Origin: a bacterium
GTDB lineage: Bacteria > DUMJ01
Reading direction: 5' to 3'
Assembly: GCA_049970495.1 (NCBI GenBank)
Contig: JBMFMV010000001.1
Span: 45,425 to 109,424 of the forward strand
DNA length: 64,000 bases
Of this stretch, positions 10,393 through 21,003 are shown in pieces (within the stretch, counting starts at the first letter, position 1; every line of letters begins with the position of its first letter). Made by a program: the position numbers and the translations under genes. Below the pieces are notes generated by a model that saw only the letters and a program-made list of their open reading frames with translations, had not been told where the DNA came from and searched no databases.

Positions 10393-11235
10393 ATGTTGAA
10401 AAAGGGGATTAATATCTGGTCATTTCCACAGGGGATGAGTATCGAAGAGTGTATGAAGATAGCCAAAGATGCAGGTTTTGATGGAATAGAACTTTCTATA
10501 ACAGAGAGTGGAGAGCTTGGCTTAGATAGTAGAGAAAGCGATATCTTAAAGTATAAGAAGATAGCAGAAGATATAGGTATAGAGATAAGTGGTCTTGCCG
10601 CAGGTTTATACTGGAAATATCCGTTTACTAGCAGTTCTAAAGATATTAGAGAAAAGGCAAGGGATATATGCAAGAAACAGCTAGAGTTTGCAAGTATCTT
10701 GGGAGTTGATACAATCCTAGTCGTCCCAGGATATGTAGGTGTAGATTGGATGCCAGGGGCAGAAGTGATAGAGTATGATAGGGCTTATGACTATGCGTTA
10801 GAGGCTATAACTGAATTATCAAAGTTCGCAGAATCTTGTAAGGTATGCATAGGGGTAGAGAATGTATGGAATAAATTCTTACTATCACCTCTGGAGATGA
10901 GAGATTTTATAGACAAGATTAACTCTAGATACGTAGGTGCCTATCTGGATGTTGGTAATATTATCTACATAGGATATCCTGAACACTGGATAAAGATACT
11001 CGGTAGCAGGATAAAGAAGATTCATGTAAAAGATTATAGAAGACAAGGGTGTGGATTAGCAGGCTTCGTAGATCTACTCGCAGGAGATGTAGATTTTCCT
11101 AAAGTGATTTCTGCATTGAAAGATGTAGGGTATGACAACTATCTAAATGCAGAGATGTCTGCATATAAGCATTATCCTCTACAAATGATATATAACACAT
11201 CTAAATCTATGGATAAGATACTTGGGAGGGGATAG
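10393..11235 (+). CDS. Sugar phosphate isomerase/epimerase family (xylose-isomerase-like TIM barrel)
   Basis: GFDGIEL, VENVWNKFLLSP, YLDVGN, IHVKD. Confidence 0.85.
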   Translation: MLKKGINIWSFPQGMSIEECMKIAKDAGFDGIELSITESGELGLDSRESDILKYKKIAEDIGIEISGLAAGLYWKYPFTSSSKDIREKARDICKKQLEFASILGVDTILVVPGYVGVDWMPGAEVIEYDRAYDYALEAITELSKFAESCKVCIGVENVWNKFLLSPLEMRDFIDKINSRYVGAYLDVGNIIYIGYPEHWIKILGSRIKKIHVKDYRRQGCGLAGFVDLLAGDVDFPKVISALKDVGYDNYLNAEMSAYKHYPLQMIYNTSKSMDKILGRG

Positions 11236-11236
11236 A

Positions 11237-12262
11237 ATGTTAAAAGTAGGACTTATAGGAATAGGCTTTATGGGAAGAGGACACTTAGATAACTATATAA
11301 GACTTGAATCTGAAGGGTTTCCTATCAAGCTTGTAGCTATATGCGATATAGACCCGGCTAAGTTTGAGAATAAGTTTATACCAGGGAATATAGATGTAGG
11401 GACAAAAAAGTATGATTTTAATAGATATAGACTCTATACAAATCTTGACGAGATGTTAGAGAAGGAAGAATTAGACTATGTTGATATCTGCCTTCCAACC
11501 TATTTACATGCAGAGGCAACTATAAAGGCTCTAGATAGAGGTATGCATGTCTTATGTGAAAAGCCAATGGCTCTAAACTCTAAACAGTGTATAGAGATGA
11601 TAGAAGCAGCAAAGAGGAATAATAAAAAGCTAATGATAGGACACTGTCTCAGATTCTGGCCTGAGTATGAATACCTAAAGGAATGTGTAGAGACGGAAAG
11701 ATTTGGCAAATTCTTAGGTGGATATTTCTATAGGGGTGGCGGAACTCCTAAGTGGTCCTATGAGAACTGGCTTCTTACTAAAGAAAAGAGTGGAGGCTGT
11801 ATCTTAGATCAGCATATACATGACGTAGATACAATAAATTGGCTCTTCGGAAAGCCTACTGCGGTTACAACAATAGCCAGAAATGTCATACCAGGGAGTG
11901 GATATGATATAGTCTCAACAAACTACATATACCCTGATGGAAAGGTTATAAATGCACAAGATGACTGGACACTTCAGGGGGATTATGGATTCGAGATGTT
12001 ATTTAGGGCAAACTTCGAAAGAGGAAATCTTATCTTCCAACAGGGGGTCTTAAGGGTAAATCCAAATGATGGTAAGAGTTTTATCCCGGAGCTTCCAAAG
12101 GAAATGGGTTATTATAGAGAGATCAAATATTTTGCTGAGTGTATTCTTAACGATAAACCTATTACTGTAGCTCCTCCAGAGAGCAGTAAAGAGACAATAG
12201 AAATAGTAGAGGCTGAGATAAGATCTGCCGACAATAAAGGTGAAATAACACCTGTATTATAA
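11237..12262 (+). CDS. Gfo/Idh/MocA family NAD(P)-dependent oxidoreductase
   Basis: GIGFMG Rossmann, CEKPM, DQHIHDVD. Confidence 0.9.
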   Translation: MLKVGLIGIGFMGRGHLDNYIRLESEGFPIKLVAICDIDPAKFENKFIPGNIDVGTKKYDFNRYRLYTNLDEMLEKEELDYVDICLPTYLHAEATIKALDRGMHVLCEKPMALNSKQCIEMIEAAKRNNKKLMIGHCLRFWPEYEYLKECVETERFGKFLGGYFYRGGGTPKWSYENWLLTKEKSGGCILDQHIHDVDTINWLFGKPTAVTTIARNVIPGSGYDIVSTNYIYPDGKVINAQDDWTLQGDYGFEMLFRANFERGNLIFQQGVLRVNPNDGKSFIPELPKEMGYYREIKYFAECILNDKPITVAPPESSKETIEIVEAEIRSADNKGEITPVL

Positions 12263-12267
12263 GATGC

Positions 12268-12290
12268 GCCCCGGAGGTTCCGGGGCTTTT
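12268..12290. terminator. Rho-independent terminator between convergent genes
   Basis: GCCCCGGA-GGT-TCCGGGGC followed by TTTT. Confidence 0.8.
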
Positions 12291-13552
12291 CATATCTTCT
12301 CTAACACTTTACTAGTCTCTTCTATTAATACATCCTCTATATCCTGAGAAAATGGAAATACATTAAAGATCTTTGGTGCAATGTATGAGGCATAGTCTCC
12401 TCGATCCATATACGCTTCCTTCGTTGGGATATACCCTACAAGGCCATTTGTATATCCAAATGTAAATAACATAGGGAATTTTTTCTTCAATCTTAGTCCA
12501 TACTCGCAGAATATCTCACCAGGTATCCCTATAATCTTAATCTCCCCTATACTTATCCCCTGGATTGGGATATTCTCTATGTATGGATTCTCTTTGAGAC
12601 TCTCATAAGAGAGTTCGGCATCTTTCAGCCACTCTTCTACAAATCTCTGAGCACTCTTATTATCCTTATACACCTCTAGCCAGTATTCTGCATCTTTTTT
12701 CATCTCTTCCTTAGAAGGAATCTGTAGGGGGAGCTCTATCCTCTCTTCAGCAACGCTTATCTTAGGGTTTTCAACCATTTTCCCATACACCTTAGACTTT
12801 AATGCCCTATTGGCTAATATATGACCTAAAAGCTCTATATCTTCCTTTGTTCCTCTTCCCCACCTATTCATATTAGTTACCGGGTCTATATCTCCACAGA
12901 ATCCCTGAAAGAACAAACAATTATAGGCATTTTCTTCCATACAACGGATTAACTCACCTGGCCAGTCGGCTGATATATCTTTAGTCCTCCCAAGAACAAC
13001 AGGATGACAGGCATAATTAGTTAGGAATATACTCTTATCCTGTCTTTCAAATAATAAGACACTTAACTGAGGGTCTATCGGCTCAAACCTCCTTAATCTT
13101 CTATTAAATCCAATAGGCTCTATAATTTCACTGTGATAGTAAAGTTTTGCCTTTTTCAAATTTGCCTTGGCGAAGTCTACACTAGATATAATCTTCTCTT
13201 TCAATTCAGTTAGGTATCTATTATCAACTTCTCCAAGCCCTCGCAATTTCTGAACAGCAGGTCCTGAATGTGTATGTGTACAGCTAAGAGTTATATTCTT
13301 TATCTCCAATCCTTCCTTATTTGCTATGACGCTTCTTAAAGTATCAGCAAAATCTACTGAAAACCCAATTAAGTCACAACTTATAAGGATAGCTTTGTTC
13401 TTACTATCATCAAGATATAAAACCCTAACCTTTAAATCACCTAATATATTTTCCTCTTTTCTATCTAGATAGAATCCATAACCAGTAAGGTCAAGTTTAA
13501 ACTCAGGAGAAGGGGTAATTACACGCTCTCCATAACCAACTAATAGTTCCAT
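12290..13552 (-). CDS. Neutral/alkaline ceramidase N-terminal-domain family metallohydrolase
   Basis: SCTHTHSGP, NYACHP, ISADWPG, QGFCGD, PGEIF, GYTNG..GYIP. Confidence 0.8.
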   Translation of the reverse strand: MELLVGYGERVITPSPEFKLDLTGYGFYLDRKEENILGDLKVRVLYLDDSKNKAILISCDLIGFSVDFADTLRSVIANKEGLEIKNITLSCTHTHSGPAVQKLRGLGEVDNRYLTELKEKIISSVDFAKANLKKAKLYYHSEIIEPIGFNRRLRRFEPIDPQLSVLLFERQDKSIFLTNYACHPVVLGRTKDISADWPGELIRCMEENAYNCLFFQGFCGDIDPVTNMNRWGRGTKEDIELLGHILANRALKSKVYGKMVENPKISVAEERIELPLQIPSKEEMKKDAEYWLEVYKDNKSAQRFVEEWLKDAELSYESLKENPYIENIPIQGISIGEIKIIGIPGEIFCEYGLRLKKKFPMLFTFGYTNGLVGYIPTKEAYMDRGDYASYIAPKIFNVFPFSQDIEDVLIEETSKVLEKI

Positions 13553-13638
13553 AATTATCCTCCTAATAGGGATATTTTTTAGATATTATAACCCACTATG
13601 GTATAATTTAGTTAGAAAAATTTTTAAGGAAGGGATGG

Positions 13639-14349
13639 GTGATGTTTTCAAAGGCTCTATTAATAATTCTGTTTATACTGATATTTGTAGGGATTACTTA
13701 CGGGAATGAGAATAGCGTAGAGATTACATATTTTGGCCATTCCATGTTTTTAATAAAATCTAGCTCTATCTCTATAGTTACCGACCCCTTTAATCCTGCA
13801 GTTGGATTCCCCTTACCTGATGTAAAATCAGATATAGTAACTGTAAGTCACGAACATTCTGATCATAATAACGTGTCTCTTGTAAAGGGTAGTCCTGTAA
13901 TAGTCAATGGTAATGCAGAGGTCAAAGGGATAAAGTTTATAGGAATCTCTTCATACCATGATAACAAAGGCGGGACATTAAGAGGTAATAATACCATTAT
14001 AAAGTGGGTTCTAGATGGTATAATCTTTGCCCACTTTGGAGACTACGGAGAGGATGAACTTACAAAAGAACAGTATGAGAAACTTAAAGGCACAGATGTG
14101 ATATTTATACCAGTGGGTGGGGTATATACCATTGATGTAGAAAAGGCTCTTAGTATTATAAGAAAGATAGAACCTAAGATGGCTATTATTATGCACTATA
14201 GGGTAAACTCTTATGGATTAAGAGTCCTAGCATCTATAGAGGATATAAAAAGGATAATCCCTGAACTAGAAAAGATGCCTTCTACTATAAAGATTTCAAA
14301 GAGTTCTCTTCCAACAAATACTAAGATTGTCTATATGGAGATAAAGTAA
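13639..14349 (+). CDS. MBL-fold metallo-hydrolase with N-terminal signal peptide/TM
   Basis: YFGHSMF, SHEHSDH, HFGD, PVGG, IMHY; hydrophobic N-terminus. Confidence 0.85.
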   Translation: MMFSKALLIILFILIFVGITYGNENSVEITYFGHSMFLIKSSSISIVTDPFNPAVGFPLPDVKSDIVTVSHEHSDHNNVSLVKGSPVIVNGNAEVKGIKFIGISSYHDNKGGTLRGNNTIIKWVLDGIIFAHFGDYGEDELTKEQYEKLKGTDVIFIPVGGVYTIDVEKALSIIRKIEPKMAIIMHYRVNSYGLRVLASIEDIKRIIPELEKMPSTIKISKSSLPTNTKIVYMEIK

Positions 14350-14356
14350 CACAAAC

Positions 14357-14385
14357 TTGACAGATAGAATTAGATAATATAAACT
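14357..14385 (+). promoter_or_regulatory. Sigma70 promoter of leuS operon
   Basis: TTGACA(14357-62)-17 bp-TAAACT(14380-85). Confidence 0.7.
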
Positions 14386-14439
14386 CATACTCAATAAAAA
14401 AACTATATCAGTTGGTTGATGGAGGGTTAAGGCGATAGT

Positions 14440-16884
14440 ATGGATTATAATCCTAAAGTTATAGAAGAGAAGTGGCAAAAAAGGTGGGCTAATGAAGGCT
14501 TAAATGAGGCTAAAAATGATACTTCCTTACCTAAGGCTTATATCTTAGAGATGTTTCCCTACCCATCTGGGGATATACATATGGGACATGTAAGAAATTA
14601 TGTCCTTGGTGACGTAATTGCCAGATATTACAGATTCAAAGGGTACAATGTCTTGCATCCTATGGGTTGGGATGCCTTTGGTCTTCCCGCAGAAAATGCG
14701 GCAATAAAAAGAGGAATACACCCTGCAAAGTGGACCTGGAGTAACATAGAAAATATGAAAAAACAACTAAAGCGATTAGGTATATCTTATGACTGGAACA
14801 GAGAGCTAGCAACATGTGATCCAAGCTACTACAAATGGACTCAGTGGTTCTTCTTACTTATGTACAAGAGAGGTCTAGCTTATAAGGGTAAAGCAAAGGT
14901 AAATTGGTGTCCAAATTGTAAGACGGTTACAGCAAATGAAGAGGTAATAGATGGGACCTGTTGGAGATGCCATCAACCTGTAGAAGAGAGATATCTGGAA
15001 CAATGGTTCTTCAAGATTACAGACTATGCAGAAAGACTCTTAAATGACCTTGACAAGCTATCTGGCTGGCCTGAGCATGTAAAGACTATGCAGAAAAACT
15101 GGATAGGTAAGAGTGTTGGGGCTGAGATAGTCTTTAAGATAAAAGAGATAGATAGAGACGTCAAAGTCTTTACCACTAGACCTGATACACTCTTTGGTGC
15201 CACATTCTTTGCTATACCACATGAGTCTAGTCTTATAGAAGAGATGAAAAAATCCCCTCTATTCAAAAAGGAAGAGGTAGAAAAATTAATCTCAAAGATA
15301 AATATATTAGGTAGTGAAAAAGAGAAACTTGGAGTCTTTACTGGGCTTCATGCTGTAAATCCTATCAACGGGGAAGAGATTCCTGTATGGATAACTAACT
15401 ATGTCCTACAGGAGTATGGAACGGGTGCAATTATGGGTGTTCCTGCTCACGATGAAAGGGACTTTGACTTTGCTAAGAAGTATGGGATCCCTATAAGGAC
15501 AGTTATTTTGCCTCCAGGAGGGTCTCCTGATGGAGAATTAGAAGTCTCATATATAGGGGAAGGCTTATTGGTAAACTCCTCCATATTTAACGGTTTATAC
15601 AATGAGATAGCAAAAGTTAAGATAGTAGAATATCTCCAGAGAAAGGGGCTTGCAGAACCTAAAGTAAACTATAGACTCAGAGACTGGCTCATATCCCGTC
15701 AGAGATATTGGGGTGCCCCTATTCCAATCGTATACTGTGATAAGTGCGGGATAGTACCTGTGCCTGAGGAAGATTTACCAGTTCTCCTACCTGAGGATAT
15801 AGACTTTACCCCTACTGGGAGTATATCACCACTAGCTAAGTCTGAAGAGTTTGTAAATACTACCTGTCCAAAGTGTGGGGGACCGGCCAAGAGAGAAACA
15901 GATACTATGGCAACATTTATATGCTCCTCTTGGTATTACTACAGGTTTACCGATCCCCACAATGAAAAGGCTCCTTTTAGTAAAGAAGCGGTGACTTACT
16001 GGATGCCTGTAGATAGATACATTGGAGGGGTAGAACACGCAGTCTTACACCTTTTATACTCCAGATTCTTTACTAAGGTCTTATATGATGCAGGATATAT
16101 AAACTTTGAGGAACCATTCACTAATCTATTCACACAAGGGATGGTGCTAAAGGATGGGACAGCGATGTCCAAGTCATTAGGTAACATAGTAGAGCCATCT
16201 CCTATAATAGAAAAATACTCCGCAGATACCTTAAGGCTATTCATCCTCTTTGCATCTCCCCCAGAGAAGGAGTTAGAGTGGAGTGACGAGGGTGTTGATG
16301 GAATGTGGAGGTTCCTCAACCGCGTATGGAGACTCTACAATGAGTTGATCCCAGTCCTTAATAACAGTAATGATGCTATCGATAGTGGAATAGATAGAGA
16401 ACTTGTAAGGTGGAAACACACCACAATAAAAAGGGTGACAGAAGACATAATAGAAAGATTTCATCTAAATACTGCTATAAGTGCATTGATGGAGTGGAGT
16501 AATTTCCTCGGTGGGAATATAGAAGCGGTAAAGAGGGCAAGAAAAACTACTCTTAAGGACACTTTAGAGACATTCCTCATACTCCTAGCACCATTTACTC
16601 CGCATATAGCAGAAGAACTTTGGGAGATTTTAGGACATAAGGAGAGCATTTTTAGGGAGAAATGGCCTGAGTATGACCCTAACCTTATGAAGCAATTTGA
16701 ATACGAGTTGATAATCCAAGTAGACGGAAAACTCAGAGATAAGATAAAGACAGGGGAAAGAGATATGGAAAAGTTAAAGGAGATTGTCCTACAGCTCCCT
16801 AGAGTAAAAAAATTTACTGAGGGCAAAGAGATAAAGAATATTATTACAGTCCCTGAAAAACTTATAAACATTGTAACAGGCTGA
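14440..16884 (+). CDS. leuS: Leucine--tRNA ligase
   Basis: MFPYPSG, HMGH, FTTRPDT editing domain, AMSKS. Confidence 0.97.
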   Translation: MDYNPKVIEEKWQKRWANEGLNEAKNDTSLPKAYILEMFPYPSGDIHMGHVRNYVLGDVIARYYRFKGYNVLHPMGWDAFGLPAENAAIKRGIHPAKWTWSNIENMKKQLKRLGISYDWNRELATCDPSYYKWTQWFFLLMYKRGLAYKGKAKVNWCPNCKTVTANEEVIDGTCWRCHQPVEERYLEQWFFKITDYAERLLNDLDKLSGWPEHVKTMQKNWIGKSVGAEIVFKIKEIDRDVKVFTTRPDTLFGATFFAIPHESSLIEEMKKSPLFKKEEVEKLISKINILGSEKEKLGVFTGLHAVNPINGEEIPVWITNYVLQEYGTGAIMGVPAHDERDFDFAKKYGIPIRTVILPPGGSPDGELEVSYIGEGLLVNSSIFNGLYNEIAKVKIVEYLQRKGLAEPKVNYRLRDWLISRQRYWGAPIPIVYCDKCGIVPVPEEDLPVLLPEDIDFTPTGSISPLAKSEEFVNTTCPKCGGPAKRETDTMATFICSSWYYYRFTDPHNEKAPFSKEAVTYWMPVDRYIGGVEHAVLHLLYSRFFTKVLYDAGYINFEEPFTNLFTQGMVLKDGTAMSKSLGNIVEPSPIIEKYSADTLRLFILFASPPEKELEWSDEGVDGMWRFLNRVWRLYNELIPVLNNSNDAIDSGIDRELVRWKHTTIKRVTEDIIERFHLNTAISALMEWSNFLGGNIEAVKRARKTTLKDTLETFLILLAPFTPHIAEELWEILGHKESIFREKWPEYDPNLMKQFEYELIIQVDGKLRDKIKTGERDMEKLKEIVLQLPRVKKFTEGKEIKNIITVPEKLINIVTG

Positions 16885-16885
16885 G

Positions 16886-17473
16886 ATGACTAATAGGGAA
16901 AAGTATTTAGTAGGTATAATTATAATTCTAATTGGTGCTCTTCTTTTCTCTCTAAATAAGCCTGTTAAAGAGGAAAAGAAAGAGTCCTCTATTATTATTG
17001 AAGAAAAAGATAATAGTAAGATTAGCAATACAAAGGTTGCGGTTCATATAGGTGGTGCAGTGAAAAGTCCTGGTTTATACTATCTACCAGCGAATTCAAG
17101 AGTTGCTGATGCTATCCAGACTGCAGGAGGACCAACTTCTGATGCGGACCTAGATGCAATAAATCTGGCAAGCAAAGTAACTGATAGTTCAAAGATCTTA
17201 GTACCCTCTAAGGTAAGGGGGGTAAATGATATAGTAGCTGAGAAGACTCTTCAAGGCGAATCTTCTGAGCCTTCTAATACCAAAATAAATATAAATACCG
17301 CAAGCGCCAAAGAGCTAGAAGAACTGCCAGGGATAGGTCCAGCCCTTGCCAATAGGATAGTCTCCTATAGGGAGACAAATGGCCCATTTAAGAGTATAGA
17401 AGATTTAAAGAAAGTCTCAGGTATAGGTGAGAAAAGATTCGAGGCTATAAAGGATTTGATTGTTGTGGAATGA
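16886..17473 (+). CDS. comEA: Competence DNA receptor ComEA
   Basis: N-terminal TM, SLBB (GAVKSPGLY), ININTAS plus two HhH motifs. Confidence 0.92.
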   Translation: MTNREKYLVGIIIILIGALLFSLNKPVKEEKKESSIIIEEKDNSKISNTKVAVHIGGAVKSPGLYYLPANSRVADAIQTAGGPTSDADLDAINLASKVTDSSKILVPSKVRGVNDIVAEKTLQGESSEPSNTKININTASAKELEELPGIGPALANRIVSYRETNGPFKSIEDLKKVSGIGEKRFEAIKDLIVVE

Positions 17474-18836
17474 GATAAAAAATAGACCAAGCGTTATTAT
17501 TTTTCTTTCTATAGTTATTGGAACACTTCTATTTAGATATACTAATCTAATTTTTATTCCCTTTTTATTTTTAGGGCTGACATTTCTCTTTATAGAAGAG
17601 AAGATAAGTCTTATTATAGTAATAATACTCTTGAGTGCATGGTGGACATCTAAAAACTATGAAAAATACATTAATTCGATTAGAGAGATAGAAAAGATAT
17701 CTAATGATGAAATCCGTATGGTCTGTTCTGTAAAAGATGCATCAAGGTATGGATTAAAGGTAGATAAGATAACAATAGATAAAACAAGATATTACGGAGT
17801 ATTAGAGGTAAAGGTAAGAGAAAACACCTATCAATATGGTGATAAGTTATATATAGTCGGAAAACTGTATAAAAATAGGGTAATAGACATAGACAAAAAG
17901 CTTTTTCAGGAGAGGATTATAGGGACAGTATACCCTAATAAGGTGAAAATTCTATCTAAACCCAGTTTTTCTCTTAAGCGGTCTCTTTATATTATAAGAA
18001 CTAAAATAAGAGATAAGGTATCTCTATTTCTTAATCCTGAAGAGCGAGAACTTACTATGGCTATGGTCTTAGGGATAAGCGATGAACTCCCATATGATAT
18101 ATACAAGAACTTTAAAGTCACAGGACTCATTCACACATTAGTAGTATCAGGGGCACAGGTCTCTATAATCGTTTCTAGTATAATACCTTTTTTAACAGGT
18201 TTACAGCTATTAATCTTATTTCCACTAGTTTTCTTGTATGCCCTTATCACCGGACTGGAGATAAGTGTAATAAGAGCAAGTATTATGATGGGTATAAATA
18301 TTTTAGCCCGTATCATACATGAAGACTATGACCCTCCATCAAGTCTTGCATTTTCAGGTATAGTAATCTTACTTTTTGATCCATTATCCATTTTTAGCTC
18401 AAGCTTTCAATTAAGCTTTTTAGCAACATTCAGCCTTATAAGTATTGCCCCTTATTTGAGAGTAAAAAGGCTAGACTTTATGATGCCAACGATAACAGTC
18501 CAAGGGATTCTGGCTCCTCTACTTTTATACAAGAATGGTTCATTGCCTCTAATAAGCTTCCCAATAAATATAATAGTCTCCCCATTAATCTCCATCTTAA
18601 CTATAGGTAGTTTTATTTTGGCGCTATCTACATTCACCTTCCCCTTTATTACTTATCTGATAAGTATTATAATAAAACCGATTATTCATCTCCTATTGCG
18701 TATAATAGTCTTTGGTAATAAAATGTCGTATGATATTAAGTACAGCCCTAGTATAATAGAATTGATAGCTACATATATTATTATTGGAGGACTAATCTAT
18801 ATTGGATATACCAGATTATATAAAGACGATAAATGA
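17460..18836 (+). CDS. comEC: ComEC/Rec2 family competence protein (no C-terminal MBL domain)
   Basis: GLIHTLVVSG, SVIRA, SFQLSF, multiple TMs; between comEA and holA. Confidence 0.85.
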   Translation: MLWNEIKNRPSVIIFLSIVIGTLLFRYTNLIFIPFLFLGLTFLFIEEKISLIIVIILLSAWWTSKNYEKYINSIREIEKISNDEIRMVCSVKDASRYGLKVDKITIDKTRYYGVLEVKVRENTYQYGDKLYIVGKLYKNRVIDIDKKLFQERIIGTVYPNKVKILSKPSFSLKRSLYIIRTKIRDKVSLFLNPEERELTMAMVLGISDELPYDIYKNFKVTGLIHTLVVSGAQVSIIVSSIIPFLTGLQLLILFPLVFLYALITGLEISVIRASIMMGINILARIIHEDYDPPSSLAFSGIVILLFDPLSIFSSSFQLSFLATFSLISIAPYLRVKRLDFMMPTITVQGILAPLLLYKNGSLPLISFPINIIVSPLISILTIGSFILALSTFTFPFITYLISIIIKPIIHLLLRIIVFGNKMSYDIKYSPSIIELIATYIIIGGLIYIGYTRLYKDDK

Positions 18837-19743
18837 GTTAAAGTCTGGCGAAGTTTCTCATATATATGTATTAAGTGGAGACTGGGATTTCCTAAAAGAT
18901 GATATAATCTCTAGGATCTATACATTCTTAAGATCTAAGGGTGATACGGTAATAATACGGACAGAGTCAGAGGTAGAGTTAGACAAAGAGATAAAAAATG
19001 CAAAGAGTGTCCTTATACCTACTGTAAAATTAATTATAGCAAGGCTTAATAGCCCTCCTAAGCTTAAAACCCTTCCTGAAGATATATATGTAGTTATAGA
19101 TACAGATTCGATTATCAAGATACCTAGGAGTAAACAGGTAAATCTATCCCCCCCTAGTCCAAGAGAAGTTGATGTCTATATAAAAGAGATTATAAGAGGT
19201 TTAGCTAGATACTACAATAAAGTAATAGATGAAAGTTCCATAAGTATGCTTGCCTCTAGTCTTGTACAGGCTCCATATCTTCTCCTATCAGTATGGAATA
19301 CCCTCCTACTTCTGACAGGAGATAAGGAGATTATAGAAGAGGCTGATATAAGAGAAGTAATGAAGAGTATCCCTACTCTTACTGGTTTTCAACTTATAGA
19401 CCTATTAGAGAGAGGAAGAACACAAGAAGCCCTCTTCTTATTAAGAAAAGAATATTATCCAGATAGTGAAATAATGCAATTACTTTCTGCTTTAAGAAAG
19501 AGATACAAACTTATCTTGTACGCAAAGACGATAAATCCTCAAGATACAGAACTGGCTAAATTTTTTAATATCTCTAGTGGATACGCAAGGTTTATTCTGA
19601 GCATAAGTAGAGATTATCCACTAGATAATCTGATACAAAAAATAAAACTCCTCCTCTCAATCGAGAGGAGGGTAAAGACGGGGGAATTAAAACCAAAAGA
19701 AGGCCTAGAAGACTTTATTCTTTTCCTAGGCCTGAGCGATTAA
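18802..19743 (+). CDS. holA: DNA polymerase III subunit delta (divergent)
   Basis: Synteny comEC-holA><rpsT; length; C-terminal ERRVKTGEL. Confidence 0.7.
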   Translation: MDIPDYIKTINELKSGEVSHIYVLSGDWDFLKDDIISRIYTFLRSKGDTVIIRTESEVELDKEIKNAKSVLIPTVKLIIARLNSPPKLKTLPEDIYVVIDTDSIIKIPRSKQVNLSPPSPREVDVYIKEIIRGLARYYNKVIDESSISMLASSLVQAPYLLLSVWNTLLLLTGDKEIIEEADIREVMKSIPTLTGFQLIDLLERGRTQEALFLLRKEYYPDSEIMQLLSALRKRYKLILYAKTINPQDTELAKFFNISSGYARFILSISRDYPLDNLIQKIKLLLSIERRVKTGELKPKEGLEDFILFLGLSD

Positions 19744-20013
19744 CATCTGAGACTCTAATAGACTGAGCCTCTTCATTAATCTAGACTTCTTTCTACTTGC
19801 TGTATTATCGTGTATAATGTTCTTCTTAGCTGCCTTGTCAAGTAAACTACATACAAGGCTTATCTGTGATTTTGCTGCGTTTACATCTCTTGCCTCTATA
19901 TATGCCAAAAACTTTTTAACCTCAGTCTTAATCCTAGATTTAACAGCCTTATTCCTTTCAGCCTTTCTTCTAGAAGATCTAAGCTGTTTCTTAGCAGACC
20001 TTGTATTCGGCAC
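19726..20013 (-). CDS. rpsT: 30S ribosomal protein S20
   Basis: MPNTRSAKK, LDKAAKKNIIHDNTASRKKSRL. Confidence 0.97.
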   Translation of the reverse strand: MPNTRSAKKQLRSSRRKAERNKAVKSRIKTEVKKFLAYIEARDVNAAKSQISLVCSLLDKAAKKNIIHDNTASRKKSRLMKRLSLLESQMLIAQA

Positions 20014-20052
20014 TTATTTGACCTCCATCCTTTATTCTAATTCTCTCTAGAA

Positions 20053-20082
20053 AGTATACCACAATTATATCTGAACTTTCAA
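20053..20082 (-). promoter_or_regulatory. Sigma70 promoter of rpsT
   Basis: Minus strand TTGAAA-17 bp-TATACT with TG extension. Confidence 0.7.
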
Positions 20083-20174
20083 GAGCCCAACATTCCTCAA
20101 CAGAAATTACTCAATTAAATTAGCCCCTCTGGAGGATATCTTTTCATTACCTCCAAGAGAAAGCTCCATATTCT

Positions 20175-20768
20175 TTGGGCTTAACAAAAAGAGATAGAGA
20201 CGGTTACAGACTACGTCCAGATGGAAAGACATTAACTGTAACTATTGATGCATCCACCCATCATACACCAAGTATAGACATTATGCAGTTAGTAGTAAAA
20301 TATTGGAAAGATCTAGGTATAAAGGCAGAAGTAAAAGTGATGGAAAGGTCTCTCTTTGAGACGAGACATCCTGCAAATGAACATGAGATGCATGCGTTTA
20401 CTACTAGCTTTGGTGCAGATGGTTACTCTGGTGATAGGTCTCCCAATACTAGATGGTGTCCACTATGGTATAACTGGCTTAATACTGGAGGAAAGATCGG
20501 CGAAGAACCACCCAAAGAGGTAAAGAAACTTTGGCAATTAATGAATGAGGAATTCTTCTCTACTAAAAGTGAGGCTAAGAGAATAGCAATATTAAAAGAA
20601 GCTATGAGATTACATGCAGATAATCTTTGGATTATAGGAACTGCCGGTGTAACATGGATGATGGGTATTGCAAGGAATAACCTAAGAAATGTCCCTGATA
20701 CTGGATTTACTTGGCATCCAGCTTCACCAGGTGTCTTTAGACCAGAGCAATTTTTCTTTAAGAAGTAA
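20175..20768 (+). pseudogene. C-terminal fragment of family-5 ABC substrate-binding protein
   Basis: GLTKRDRDGYRLRPDGK...PEQFFFKK aligns by eye to the last ~200 aa of the SBPs at 56591 and 59503; no signal peptide or RBS. Confidence 0.8.
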
Positions 20769-20884
20769 ATTGTAATATTTAGACAGACCCTTCTAGATTG
20801 CTTCATGGTTACCTCCTCACGATTGCAGGAAAGATTATAAAAAACGGAATTTTATATAGTCTAGTATAATTTTTATAAAAATCT

Positions 20885-20933
20885 CTTAAAAAGACCTTAA
20901 CTATCTTTAACTAATCTTTAATAAGAGTTTAAT
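20885..20933 (+). promoter_or_regulatory. PHO-box-like tandem direct repeats
   Basis: (C/T)TTAA cores at 20886, 20897, 20907, 20918, 20929 (spacing 11,10,11,11) upstream of phoA-pstS. Confidence 0.6.
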
Positions 20934-21003
20934 CTACCTTCTCTAAGCTATAAAGTGATGAGGTATAAAAAATGGGGCAAAAATTTTATGGAGGTGTAAT
21001 AGT

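Noticed and set aside
14350..14440. T-box leader before leuS (also checked metG and the other synthetases)
   Set aside because: Leader is only about 50 nt and there is no T-box or antiterminator motif
19726..19743. 18-nt convergent overlap of holA and rpsT
   Set aside because: Ordinary for a compact genome
20423..20806. 127-aa minus-strand ORF
   Set aside because: Beyond about 13 codons it is antisense to the SBP fragment; not called as a gene
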